Below, piece after piece: positions 13,784 to 25,544 of a stretch of DNA of 64,000 nt. Both the position numbers and the translations under genes were made by a program. The notes under the pieces are model-generated. The model was given only the letters and a program-made list of their open reading frames with translations. It was not told where the DNA came from and searched no databases. The DNA comes from Felis catus (lineage: Eukaryota), in contig NC_058368.1 of the NCBI RefSeq assembly GCF_018350175.1, positions 76,386,001-76,450,000 on the forward strand, given 5' to 3'. Each line of letters begins with the position of its first letter. The first letter of the stretch is position 1.

Positions 13784-14048
13784 GGGGCGGCTGGGTGGCT
13801 CAGTCGGTTAAGCGTCTGACTTCGGCTCAGGTCACAATCTCACATTTTGTAGGTTTGAGCCCCGTGTCGGGCTCTGTGCTGACAGCTCAGAGCCTGGAGC
13901 CTGCTTCGGATTCTGTGTCTCCCTCCCTCTCTGCCCCTCCCCTCTCACGCTCTCTCAAGCGAAAATGAATAAAATGTTAAAAAAAAAAAAAACCTTAAAA
14001 AAAAAAAAGAAAGAAAACTAAAAAAAAAAAAAAAAAACAGAAAAGAAA
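13784..14048 (+). mobile_element. CanSINE with a long (about 80 nt) interrupted A tail
   Basis: TSD agaaatttgggga (13771-13783 / 14049-14061). Confidence 0.96.
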
Positions 14049-15464
14049 AGAAATTTGGGGAATTATTCATCCCAACAGAGCCAACCACCATTCTCAAATC
14101 AGCTAGAGTGGCTATTAACCTTCTGAGTCACCTTCTGTTTCCAGAATTTTGCATGACTTTGAAGGCAACAGAGATAGCTAAGGTAAATATATTTGATGAC
14201 TACTTCCTTAAAAGTAGTCCTGATTGTCCATTAAAGTGGTGTCAGGGCTGAACAGCATAAAAAGCAAGCAAAGAGATCCTTAGTGTTAATTTGTCTAAAA
14301 TAGATCCTTTTTGAAGGAACCTACGTGAGATTATCACCACCCACCTTCAGATTCGACATAAAGTAGACAGGGAACGTTTTCCATAGCTAATGAGTGACTC
14401 CATTTAATTTTATCCCGTGGCTAACTTTTAACTCTGCATCTCGTTTGACAAAACCACTTTCCTTACAGGGCTCATCTGACTGTCACAATGATATTCAGGA
14501 GTATTAGCGTCACTGTCACTCGTACCTATTGGCCCTGCTGTTCTGACTTTTGCCTTCAAAGTCTCTGACGTTTCCTTACCGGGCAAATGAGAGGCCACAA
14601 GGGAAAGCTGGATTCTTCCTTGAGGCAACTGCTCAGGACAGACAGGAATGGTGCCCGCTAATAGGATCAGCGCTGGAGAAAGCCACACTCTACAGCGGGG
14701 GACGCCAGGCTTCTCCGGTTACCATGGCAGCCGTTTCTACCTAACTTGTCCACACTTATCTTTGTCATATTCTCATTAGTAATCCTAGTAGGAACATTAA
14801 CAGTTAACCATTTTTTGAGTGCTGAATTTGGCAGTGTACCCACATTGTCTTATTTAATCTCCCAAACACCTTCTCACAAGCCATCCTTATGGGTATTTTT
14901 CAGGCAAAGAAATTGAAATGGAAAGACATTGACTAACTGTTCCAACCAGGGCCTGGCAGAGCTTGCTGTCCAAGCTAAGCTAGGGTTCTTTCTCCCAAGC
15001 AAGCCTACCCTTTTTCTTTTTCTTACACCTTAACCTTGGAAAATAGAGCCAAGAGGGTTGGGATCCTATGGTTCCTCCATGGTTTTGTGTTCACCCTTAC
15101 AACCTTTAAGAAGTCAGACAAACTCCTTGGTGTAGTTTCGCAGGCTACCCCGTGAGGACCAATGAGGATAAAGTACGGGAAAGTGTTTCACAAACTGAAA
15201 GCAACACACACATGCTATTGTGATATCTGCCTTCTTGTTAATCTCCTGCTCGGGCCTTGGAACAGCTGTGTCATGTTCTGTTTCCAGAAAGGACGCATAG
15301 CTGGGCAGTCAGGCTAATATTATTCCACCTTTAACTAGATTACCCTCCCGCTGACCCTCTGCGCCTTTTCCCATGCATGTTGATTTATCTTGTAAAAGCA
15401 AAACAATATGTTCTGGCCACTTCCCTCCTTAGACTACGCTTGTCATTCTCTGCCGGTCAGTTGC

Positions 15465-15468
<4 letters not shown>

Positions 15469-15506
<38 letters not shown>
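15469..15506. repeat. (GT)n microsatellite
   Basis: Directly visible. Confidence 0.97.
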
Positions 15507-15510
<4 letters not shown>

Positions 15511-15861
15511 ATATGTTTTAAGAGGGCTCAAGGAAGGGGAACCAAATGCAAACCGTCACCACCAATTAACAGGCTCACCCCTCTTCCAAGTGATTTTGTT
15601 CCTCTCCCCCACAAAACACAAAGGGCAGTTTCCTTCCTTAACTTTTTCTCAGCTACGAGACGCAGAGATTCTGGACCTAGGAGCAAACTGTAACCGTTCG
15701 AGTGACGGTCGTTTGTAAAAATGATCAGTGCTGTCCCGAGGGCCTCAGGGAGGCATCCCACAAAACCTGTTTATACCCTGAAGCTACCTTGTTTAGAGAG
15801 TATCTTTGACCTAACACAAACCCAAATGGAAGCCTCCGCTGACCCCAACTGAGGAAAATCG

Positions 15862-15925
15862 TAGGGTGACCAGCTGTCCTGGTTAGTCGGGGACTTTTAA
15901 CACTAAAAGTTTCCCAACCCTGCAA
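15862..15925. mobile_element. hAT (MER91/MER96-like) terminal fragment
   Basis: tagggtgaccagctgtcctggttagtcggggac resembles the TAGGGTGACCA terminal inverted repeat of these families. Confidence 0.5.
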
Positions 15926-16379
15926 ATCCAGCCCCCGCATGGGATGGAGGGTCAGGCACCCCGGAGATGGATCCAGAGGCTTCCTGCACCTGCCCAGCTG
16001 TATTTCACAGGCTCCCCACGCCCCAGGTCGTGCTCACCTCTCCCCTCCCACTGGCAGGAAGCCTTTTGGGAACAGTGTAAACCTTCAACGCTTTTCTTTT
16101 GCTCTCACAAAACACCCTGTCCCCCAGGAGCTGCAGCCGAGCTCCCAGGGCCGCCGTGGGTGTCCTCCAGAGTCACTCTGGGTCCCTTGCTGCATATCCT
16201 GTATTCAGGCCCTCTTGATCCACTATCCGCTGGGCTTCATCTCTGTCGCTCTCCCCGAACAATAAGGCAGAACCCTGTGTCACCCCTAAAGTACAACTGC
16301 AAGAAGGGTGTGGGAGTGATAGCCACATGGCAGCCAGACAAGGGGAGGGGGGACTGGAAAAACGCTGTTGACAGAGGAG

Positions 16380-16910
16380 CCCGCACTTTGGGGCAGGGGT
16401 CCACCGGAGCTCCCTCCCGGAGGACGGGCCCCACCCCGCTGCAGCCCCGGGTCCCCTGCGCGCACCGGGGTCCCCAGGCCGGCGCCTCCCACCGGCTGGG
16501 GCAGCTGGAGGCCGGAGGGGAGCGCGCTGGGGCTCGCGGGTGGCCGGGGCGCCCTTCACCCCGGGCGGGGCCCTTCTCGGCGGGGCTTTGATGCCCGGTG
16601 TCCCGGCCGGGCAGCCGCGGGGACCTGCCTCCCGCACGAGGGCCAGCGGGGCCGCGATCCGGGCGGAAGCTGGCGTTTGATCCTCGGCCCCCGCCCTCCT
16701 CCTCCTCGGATCCCCTCCCCCTGCCCCCACAATGTGGGAACTGGGGAGAATCCAGCCACAAAGCCGCATTTATTCGCTCTTCTGAGAGAGGCCGGGCCCT
16801 CCTCTCTCTAATCACTACCCAAGGAGAATCTCAAAGGTTTGAAACTCCTGCCCCGGACGGGACATCCTACGCCATCAACCCAGAGTTCACAGCTTCAAGA
16901 CCACGTGCCT
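16380..16910. promoter_or_regulatory. CpG island, probable promoter or enhancer
   Basis: Only strongly GC- and CpG-dense segment in the window. Contains GC boxes (GGGCGG 16563, CCCCGCCC about 16688), ETS CGGAAG 16664, TCF/LEF CTTTGATG 16586 and E-box CACGTG 16902. Confidence 0.8.
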
Positions 16911-17130
16911 CTGTTTTCAGATGCTGTCAGTTGTGTGTGTAGTTTGTTCCGCTGCGGTTGTTTTAACAAAAGTCAGTGGAGGATGCTGAGGGCCACCTTT
17001 CAAGGATGGAGAGCTTTATCACCTGCACGCTGGAAAGATCCACAAGATCTTCTTCTTAAAGAAGAAGAGGGGGAGCCTGGAGTTGAGCGCCTTCTGCTGA
17101 CTTACCCTTCTTAAGGGACAAAGAACATAC

Positions 17131-17345
17131 GGGGTGCCTGGGTGGCTCAGTTGGTGAAGCATCCGACTCTTGATTTCGACTCAGGTCACGGTCTCCCCCT
17201 TACTGAGTTCGAGTCCTACCTCAGTCTCCATGCTGACAACGCAGACCCGGCTTAGGATTCTCCCCCCACCCCTCTACCCCTCCCTGGCTCAAGTTAGTGC
17301 TCTCTCTCACAATAAATAAACTTAAAACAACTTTTTTTTTTTAAT
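17131..17345 (+). mobile_element. CanSINE (older type)
   Basis: ggggtgcctgggtggctcagttggtgaagcatccgactcttgatttc head; aataaataaactt tail. Confidence 0.93.
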
Positions 17346-17644
17346 AAAATTAAAACAAGAACAGAGAACATGCTCACTTGGGAGGGGGGAGATCACGTGT
17401 CCTCACTGAGGCCCGGAGTCCTCAACCCTAGACAGCCTGTTCCTGGATCTTTAAGCAGAGCACACAGCAAATCACAACAAGTAAGAAGAGCTTCTCTGCA
17501 GTTCACAGAAGGTTCTAGAGACCCTGAGACCACAGAGCTGCTGCAGGAGAGCAAAGGTTGACTGGGGCTCCACAATCCTAAGCTTGAAGGTGTATTTTTG
17601 CCCCTTAGATCAGGGGTAACCTTGGCACTATTGATATTTGGGGT

Positions 17645-17948
17645 TGTACTAACTCGGGTTGCTGTCACCAAGAACCATGGACTGAGTGCCTTAAACAACA
17701 AACACTGGTCTCTCACAGTTCTGGAGGCTTGGAGTTCAAGATCAAGGTGTCAGCACAGCCATTCCTGGTGAGGGCCCACTTCCTGGTGTGCCCATGTAGG
17801 AGAGAGACCCTGTCTCTTGTGCTTCTTCTTATAAAGGCACTAATGTCACTCATGAGGTCTCCATCCTCATAACGTAACTACCTCCCCAAAGCCAAGTACC
17901 ATCACAATTGAGGAGGAAGATTTCCACACAGGAATTTGGGAGGGGCAC
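17645..17948 (-). mobile_element. MLT1A-type LTR
   Basis: ttaaacaaca...tctcacagttctggaggct...aagatcaaggtgtcagca...tcttataaaggcactaat...gaatttgggagggg. Confidence 0.85.
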
Positions 17949-17989
17949 TTAATAAGGCCCTCCCTCCAGGGACTACTAAGCAGAATGCA

Positions 17990-18227
17990 CACACAGATAG
18001 GCCAGTAATCCCACTAGCTCCCCTCTCTGGGTAGGGCGAATCTCAGTTTTTGCTCCTAAGGTCTTCAGCTGATTGGATAAGGCCCACCCACACGAGGGAG
18101 AATAATCAGACGTGAAGTCCACTGATTGCAGATGTTGACCACATCTACAAAACACCTTCACGTCAACACCTAGATGGAATACATAATCGGGTTCTACAGC
18201 CTAGAGGAGTTGACGCAACTAATCACA
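17990..18227 (-). mobile_element. MLT2 (ERVL) LTR fragment
   Basis: ctgattggataaggcccacccacac...aagtccactgatt...catctacaaaacaccttcac...aatcaca. Confidence 0.8.
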
Positions 18228-18600
18228 GGTAATTGTTTGTTGAGGGGGTCTGTCTGGTATCCTACGGGACGTTTAGGAGAATTCCTGACTTCTATCTGTT
18301 AGCTAGCACTCAGCACTTCCCCCTGCCCCCAGTTGTGACAATGATGCTTCTGGATTATGCCAGAAGTCCTGCGAGAACCACTTTTCCAGGCCACAAGGTA
18401 AGGAACCTGGGTTTCATGCATTTTTCCCACATAGAGTCTGCACTCTCCACCGTTTGAGGCAGAGAGCCCAGGTAGTAAGGCTCGTGTTTTCAGAATCCTA
18501 TATTTTCATTCAGATGCTATTTTGACACACTGAAGGTTAAGGAGCTTAATATTCTAAGTCTACAACGAGCAGGACATTTAAACCTTTGGTGGGAGCAGTC

Positions 18601-18791
18601 TTTTCTTATTTTTATTTTTTTTAGAGAGAGAAAGAGAGCATGAGCAGGTGATGGGCAAAGAGAGAGGGACAGAGAGAATCCCAAGCAGACTCCACGCCCC
18701 AACACAGGGCTGGATCCGATAACCCTGGGATCACAACCTTAGCTGAAATCAAGAGTCAGAGGCTCAACTGACTGAGCCACCCAGGTGCCCC
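18601..18791 (-). mobile_element. CanSINE
   Basis: Antisense SINE; TSD ggagcagtctt. Confidence 0.94.
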
Positions 18792-20491
18792 AGGAGCAGT
18801 CTTAAGCAGTAAATGAGTTCTACCTTCAAGTACTACCTTGAACTCTCTTGTTGGAGTGACAGTGGCTTCTCCCCTAAATAAAGATAAAATCATGCAACCA
18901 AAGGGGAAATTTGTCCCAGAAGTCTCCGTTTACCTGTTTGAGCTGGGCCCTTGACCCAAGAAAGGGTCTCTGCTGAACGTTCTGGAACGTTCATGTCACA
19001 AGTTTGATATTTCATTGAACAGAATATTTTTACTTCCTGAATGCATAAAAATAGCTTTGAGCTTGATATAGATGAAGGCAATTTGACAAACATTCACTTA
19101 TCCTAAATTATAGAAAATTTTCTTTTTTTGGTGCCTTGCTATTAACAGATTTTTATATGTACCCTTCTAATGTTTAAAAAAAAAAAAAGATGTCCTGTGT
19201 TCTTCCAACCATCTGGTATGAAATGACACATGGGTGGCAAAGTGCTATTTTAAGCACTGAATGCATTATCTATAAGGAAGGCATGATTATCTCCTGCATT
19301 GTTAATTTCCTGCTGTGCCGCTGTAATTCCAGTATTTTCCTGGTCACACACAACTGTTTGGTATCTTACAAGCAGTCTACATACATTAAAAAGAAGAGGG
19401 GTGGGGGGGGAGGCAGAGAGCTCTTTTATGGGACTTTAACCACAAAGTTCTGGTACCTGAACTTGGAAATGAATACCCCAAAAGGCTAATAAGCCATTGT
19501 TTGTAACTGAGACATACATATTTATTAAGTGGCTCCACGCAAGGCAAAGAAAGCACCCAATTTAGAATTTTGAGCCATTAAGCATCATGGCAGGATATGG
19601 AAACTTCTTTTTGGCATTCCTCTTTGCCCATTAAAAAACAAACAAACAAAAAGAAAAAAAGAACGGGAAACGAAATCCCACATGTTTTACTGGGCTCGTA
19701 AGTGGCTACATCTCCTGATTTACAGTGTGGGCAGCTGAGAACCAGACGCTGAACACGTTTATTGTAAAATGCACTGGACGGCAGCCCTGCTGGTCCGATA
19801 AAGCATTCGTTCTGCTAACCGAGTTTGAAGGAGCCTACTTGGACCCAGGCAGAAACAATACTCTGGGTTCATTTCTGAACAAAGGCTTGTTTTCCTGCAA
19901 ACCTACGTCGATGTTAGAGTGAGGCTACTTCCCAACAACAGATGGGTGACGAGAACTTCTGTCCTCTTGCAAATGTTTAACCAGAAATGGATCTGGCTGG
20001 TGAGGGAAGGAGCAGTCAAGATGTTGAAGGGCTTTATTTTTTTTCATCCTCCATCTTAATCCTCTGTGTGTGACCCTTTTCATGTTGCCTTAAGAAAAAA
20101 TGAAAGTGATTTATGCATCTTTAGGCACCGACGCAAACACAGATACGTGCTCTGCATGAGTTAACTGGTATAAACTCTCCCAGGTTAGAGGTTAATCTTA
20201 CACACTCAACAGTAAAATAAAAGCAGTATTCTTCATGATGAGGATGTCACAGATTAATAGTTCTATTCGCTTCAAGCCTTCGAGAGTCCATCAATGACGG
20301 CCCCACCTACTCTGAGGACTGGCATTCTGACAAACTGATTTGTCACTACAGACATCCTGGATTTGTCGCTTCACATACCTTTCTCAATTTCTCTCTCACA
20401 AGGATCTTGCAAAGCAGCTAAAGTGATTCCCGTTGCCAACGTGGAAACCGAGACTTGTCAAAGAATGTGCCATTGACGAGAAGGGATTTTA

Positions 20492-20700
20492 GGGGCACCT
20501 GGATGGCTCAGTCGGTTTAAATGTCCAACTGTTGATCTCGGCTCAGTTCATGGTTTCATGGTTCATGAAACCAAGTCCCGCATCAGGCTCCGTACTGGCA
20601 GTGCAGAGCCTGCTTGGAGTTCTCTCTCTCCCTGGCTCTCTGCCACCCCCCCCCACTCACTTTCGCACTCTCTAAGAAACAAACTTTAAAAAAAAAAAAG
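20492..20700 (+). mobile_element. CanSINE
   Basis: SINE head, linker and tail present; TSD agaagggatttta / agaagcgatttta. Confidence 0.93.
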
Positions 20701-21543
20701 AAGCGATTTTAAGAACTATACGATGATCAAACCCGTGATCTTGCCACTAATCAGGTAGGCTCTAATTCATTAAGATGTCTAAATAACAAGCTCTGGACAG
20801 TTGCAGCCCCTGAGCCCCAATATCCTCTTGCTTCTGGGCCCGAGGACATCAAATGTTGGCATATCTACCACAGGTTATGATAGGAGAGGTCTAGTATTAA
20901 ACGTCTCGAAAGGACAGAAGACAATGAGGGCTTGGAGAGAGACCTAAAGAATGAGCCATCAGATGACGCAAAGTGTCTTTCCATAAGGAGATTGAGAAAC
21001 GTGAACCTATTTCTAGTTAATAGACCTAATGTGGCATTTTTTTTTTTTAAAGAAATACCCCACACTAAGAATCTGAACTTTTCCACAGAGTATGGCGAGC
21101 ATTTGCCTGCGCGGGGGTTCCCGGAGCCACGCCTATGAATTACAAAGCACACAGATGGAGGAAAATCAAACTTGCAGCCCACACCCATTCACCCGCATGT
21201 TCTCTGGCTTTCTCACTCAGTCTTGCCCCCATCACATGTGCCAGAACCACCACCACGGAGTGCCAGAAACTTCTCCGTTCTGCCGTTTGCTGGGTTTCTA
21301 CCCTTAAGCCAGTGCCTGGTATTTGAGACCTATTCGGTAAATATTTACCAAATGAGCGATGTAACAATGGATTAACGTGTGAATAAATGTGTTTTAGGTC
21401 ACAGAGACTCAAGATGCTCCACGTTATGACTTTCTAAAAAATAGTTTAAGAGAACTGATAGCTTTAAAATATCAGGCAAGGGTACAAAAGATTTATCTCT
21501 GGCCAGAGGAGAGCCTAAACCACATTAGACATTAGTGAAAGCA

Positions 21544-21817
21544 GGGGCGCCTGGGTGGCTCAGTCAGCGAAGCATCCGACTCTTGGTTTCGGCTCAGGTC
21601 ATGATCTCACGGTTTGTGAGTTGGGGCCCCGTGTCGGGCTCCGTGCTGACGGTGCGGAGCTTGCTTGGGATTCTCTCTCTCCCCCTCTCTCTGCCCCTCC
21701 TCCCTCCCTTCCCCTCTCTCACCTCCCCACTCCCCCTCCCAAGTACTAACCAGGCCTGACCCTGCTTAGCTTCCGAGATCAGACGAGATCGGGCGCATTC
21801 AGGGTGGTACGGCCGTA

Positions 21818-21853
<36 letters not shown>

Positions 21854-21873
21854 ATAAATAAACTTAAAAAAAA
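21544..21873 (+). mobile_element. CanSINE carrying an internal antisense 5S rRNA fragment
   Basis: Canonical head, CT linker and tail; TSD agacattagtgaaagc (21527-21542) / agacatcagtgaaagc (21874-21889). Confidence 0.96.
21739..21820 (-). pseudogene. 5S rRNA pseudogene (nt 1-82, 3'-truncated, no poly-A tail)
   Basis: The minus strand reads GTCTACGGCCGTACCACCCTGAATGCGCCCGATCTCGTCTGATCTCGGAAGCTAAGCAGGGTCAGGCCTGGTTAGTACTTGG, which is mammalian 5S rRNA 1-82 with 3 substitutions (positions 11, 24, 64). Confidence 0.95.
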
Positions 21874-24011
21874 AGACATCAGTGAAAGCCTAAGTGGAAA
21901 TACACGGAAAGGATTTTCCGTGTAACGTGAGTCTATCCTGAGAGGCGAGGAGTATAGATCTAGACCCACCTTGTGAATGAATAGCTGGCTGGAGTAAAAA
22001 GAAAAGATAAGAAAAACCTTGCAGTTCTGCCAATTTTCTCACTGTTGCTTAGCTGTCACCTACTGTGTAATACATAATTGGCTTAAGAGACATGGCGAGG
22101 GGGTTCTAATTATGGAAAAGCTAATGATGCAAAAAAAAAAAAACAATGACTCCAGAGCCTTTTGCAATGTGTGCTTTCCATTTTATGGTTTTAGTAAAGA
22201 GAATGGGGATATTCATCACAGCCATAGCCAAATTCCTTCAAGATGATGGAAATGTAGCACAACTTGACAGGAGAGAATTCTGCTCAGCAAGTTCACGAGC
22301 AGCCCCTCCTGCCAAACTCCCGGCCTTTCCTTCCCATCCCCACGACGGACTTCTTTCTAAGACCTGTCAACCGTCTCATTGCATGTAGGGTTCTTAAGTA
22401 TATATGCTTGCCTGCCTTTCTTCATTTCCTCCCAGCACTATTTCTTCCAAAATATCACCCAGCCAATTTTCTCTATTTATCATATTTCAGCTATTTCGTA
22501 TTTCCCGTGTGTCTTGCCAGCATCCTGGTAGGTGCGTCTCCTCAGCCTACACCCCTCAGACAAACACCCACAAGGTACGTTCCTTCCCAAAAGTGTTGGA
22601 GGATAATGCAGTCACTAATTCTAGAGACTTCTGGTTTTTCTCCCCCTATTTCCTCTTGTTAATTGCTCTGCCTCTAAGCTCCAGTTTCCCCACGTTGCCA
22701 CAGAAGTATTCGTTTCCCCCAGGAACGCTGTGTTGTGTGCGGGATCGCCGCCGAAAGAGCGAGGAACTTGCCTTTTGGGTCTGCACACCCACTCTAGCCA
22801 GAAGCAGGAGCGGTGTGATTTATCAGGGACTTCTGACAACGTAGAAGCTGTCTCTGCGGCTGGCAAGGGTGCAGAATGCCTCCCCAAGGACCTTTCGACT
22901 TGGGAAAGAAACCGAGATATCTGGAATAATTTGTGAAAGGCAGTAGGGCAGCAAAAACTCTTGATTCTCTGGTCTTCCCAAAGCAAAACCCTGCTCCCGG
23001 GGCATTCCCACCACGCGGCACCTGCCCCCGATGCGGGGGTCACACGCTTTTGCAGAAAAATGTTGTCTGGCCACAGATCGAATGAGAGATAAACCACCTT
23101 GCAGTTCGTCCCATCTGAGGTCTCCCAAACTACAAGTATGTTACGAAGCAAGGATTTCGGGGCTCGAGATTTTAGTTTCCTTTTCTGCTTCTTTACCATT
23201 TCCCAAAGACTCACCAACACACCAACTGCCCTTGCCTAAAAGGCATCTATCTGGGCAGCTGACGCTTCCACAAGCCAAACGACATCTCGATTCAGAAAAC
23301 ATAAAAAAAAAAAAGCAAAACAAAAAAAAAAAAAAACACTTAACGCTGAATTAGAAAGCACCGTTAGCCTCTAAAACCGTGTGTCCTAAATTCTGAAGTC
23401 CCAGTTAATTCTGAAAGCCAGCATGCCAAGGTGTGGCAGCACACTTGGAAAAGCGTGGGTGCTTGCTTGTGTATCTGACACATTTCGTTCTAACACACAC
23501 GGCAGCTGCCTAGGCCACAAGAGCCACGGAAGGTCAGAAAAAGACAACATATTCAGCACCCAAGAACGCGTTAGGGGTAAACGCAGGCTATTCTAATGAA
23601 AAAGTGTGCATAGTCAAAGAATGGGACTTGAGGAGAGAGGCTGTGATCAGGAAAATCCACAGTAGGATAGAATATAGAACAGCCTTGACAAATGTCTTTC
23701 GATTTAAGGAGATGCCGTCAGAGGTTGTATGGTCCAACCTCCTGCTCATCTACCAACCAGGCAAAACCCAGGCGCAGCCAGTGCTGGCTTCCTGCCACCT
23801 TCCCAGTGTGTCATAGCTAAGCTCCTGGAAGAGCTGGGATAGGAATGTGCAGGGTTGGAATTCTGATCCAAAGGTCATTGGGTGGTCTATGATGCCTCTT
23901 GGAAGGGAGAAAGTTCTCCTTGGAAGGGAGAGAAAGATTTCCATAGCTCCTTTAAAATACAAAGTGTGTAAAATAGAATTGAATGCTTACAATTCAGAAA
24001 AATCCCTCGAC

Positions 24012-24218
24012 CGGCACACCTGGGGGGCCTCAGTCGGTTGGGTGGCCGACTTGGGCTCAAGTCATGATCTCACAGCTCATGGGTTCGAGCCCCGCGTCGG
24101 GCTCTGTGCTGACAGCTTGGAGCCTGGAGCCTGCTTTGGATTCTGCGTCTCCCCCTCTCTCTGCCCCTCCCCGGCTCACACTCTGTCTCTGTCTCTCAAA
24201 CTAAACAAACATTAACAG

Positions 24219-24249
<31 letters not shown>
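24012..24249 (+). mobile_element. CanSINE
   Basis: Diverged head, intact body, long A tail. Confidence 0.93.
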
Positions 24250-25544
24250 GCCCTTGATCTAGATTACATCAGAGGACTGGGAAACATGGTCTCCCTCTTT
24301 TACTGGTTTTCTGCAAAAGAACAAAACATTGGGCTTTATTTTTAAACACCAAATTTCCACTGTAAGCTAGACCCCTTCTCCCTTAGTGCCACTGGTCAGA
24401 ATAGTAGGGTTCTAATCCTTTAGCTGTGAGTTAACGTGGCAAAGAAATTCAACTTTTTTATGGCTGAGAAAAGCCAGCTAATTTTTCATCTTAACCGTTC
24501 TAAAATGCCAGACAATACAAAATGTAATTTTGTGGATTCTAGATTCATCCTGTGATTAATACTTAAACACCCAGGGCAGAGGTATTTGAAAGGTGCTCCC
24601 TGTTTTGGGCATCTCCATTTGGGGTTACAAATTAGAACCCCCTACACATAGCATATGCTTGGGGAATTATAATTCTGTGGTCCATAGTCTCAAAATAAGT
24701 TTCTAATTTTAGTCAGAAGCTCCTAAATGCAAAACTAAGGAGGTTGGTGGGAAAAGGGAAGAAAAACTAAGTCCTCTCGTGCAAAGGAAGGCAGGGATTT
24801 GAAGCGAAGGACAGCCAGGTTTATTCAGGTAAAATGCACACATGGCGAGATTCATTCTTTCTAGGTGAACAGTTGTAAGAATTCTAACAAGTGCACAGTA
24901 GTATAAGCATCACAGTTAAGATATAGAACAGTCCTATCACCCTACAAGTCTCCCTCATCCGAGGCAGGGAACCACAACTGTCAAGCAAAAAAGACCCCAA
25001 AAAGGAAATTTTAAGCAGTGGATAAGTAGAAAGCCAACGGGGAGAGTATTTTATCATTTAAGTAAAGGGAAAGGAACAGTTCAAGAGCAATGGCGGGGAA
25101 GAGGGATGGGGGTGGGGAGAGGGACAAATCTACACTTTAGGGCAACCTTTCAAGAGTTATTTTTCTTTTTCCTTGAATACCTGAAGCAGTTTCTCTATCT
25201 TTAGTATGGTTCTTAGACGCTGTCAACTAAATTATAGTTTTAATTAATTTCAACATCTATACATTGGCACTTATTAGGAGCTCTGAGACATGGTAGGCTG
25301 CATGACTCATCCGTTCAATTAGACCGTAAAGTCCTGGATGGCAAAATTTAAATTCCACTTTTGTATCTAGCAGGGTACCTAGCCCATCACCTGGTAAAAG
25401 GCTGATGTTTATCGGTATATGTCACGTGTCTGTGAATACATCTATTGATTAAAGATGCTAAGAGGAAGTACTTTTAAAAAGTAAATCTGCCAGCAGATTT
25501 TCAAAGAGTAAATTTTATTATAAACTTATTTGGAGGATTGCTTG

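Larger units (their letters stand above)
17611..18385. mobile_element. MER20 split by LTR insertions (halves about 17611-17644 and 18228-18385)
   Basis: The left part aaccttggcactattgatatttgggg continues as taattgtttgttgagggggtctgtc...cccagttgtgacaa...gagaaccact. Confidence 0.65.

Noticed and set aside
15939..16942. Several overlapping 100-215 aa ORFs on both strands
   Set aside because: These are Gly/Pro/Arg/Ala-rich frames expected from stop-codon scarcity in a CpG island; no recognisable domain.
22404..23354. Cluster of 100-199 aa ORFs
   Set aside because: Overlapping on both strands with no recognisable motifs.
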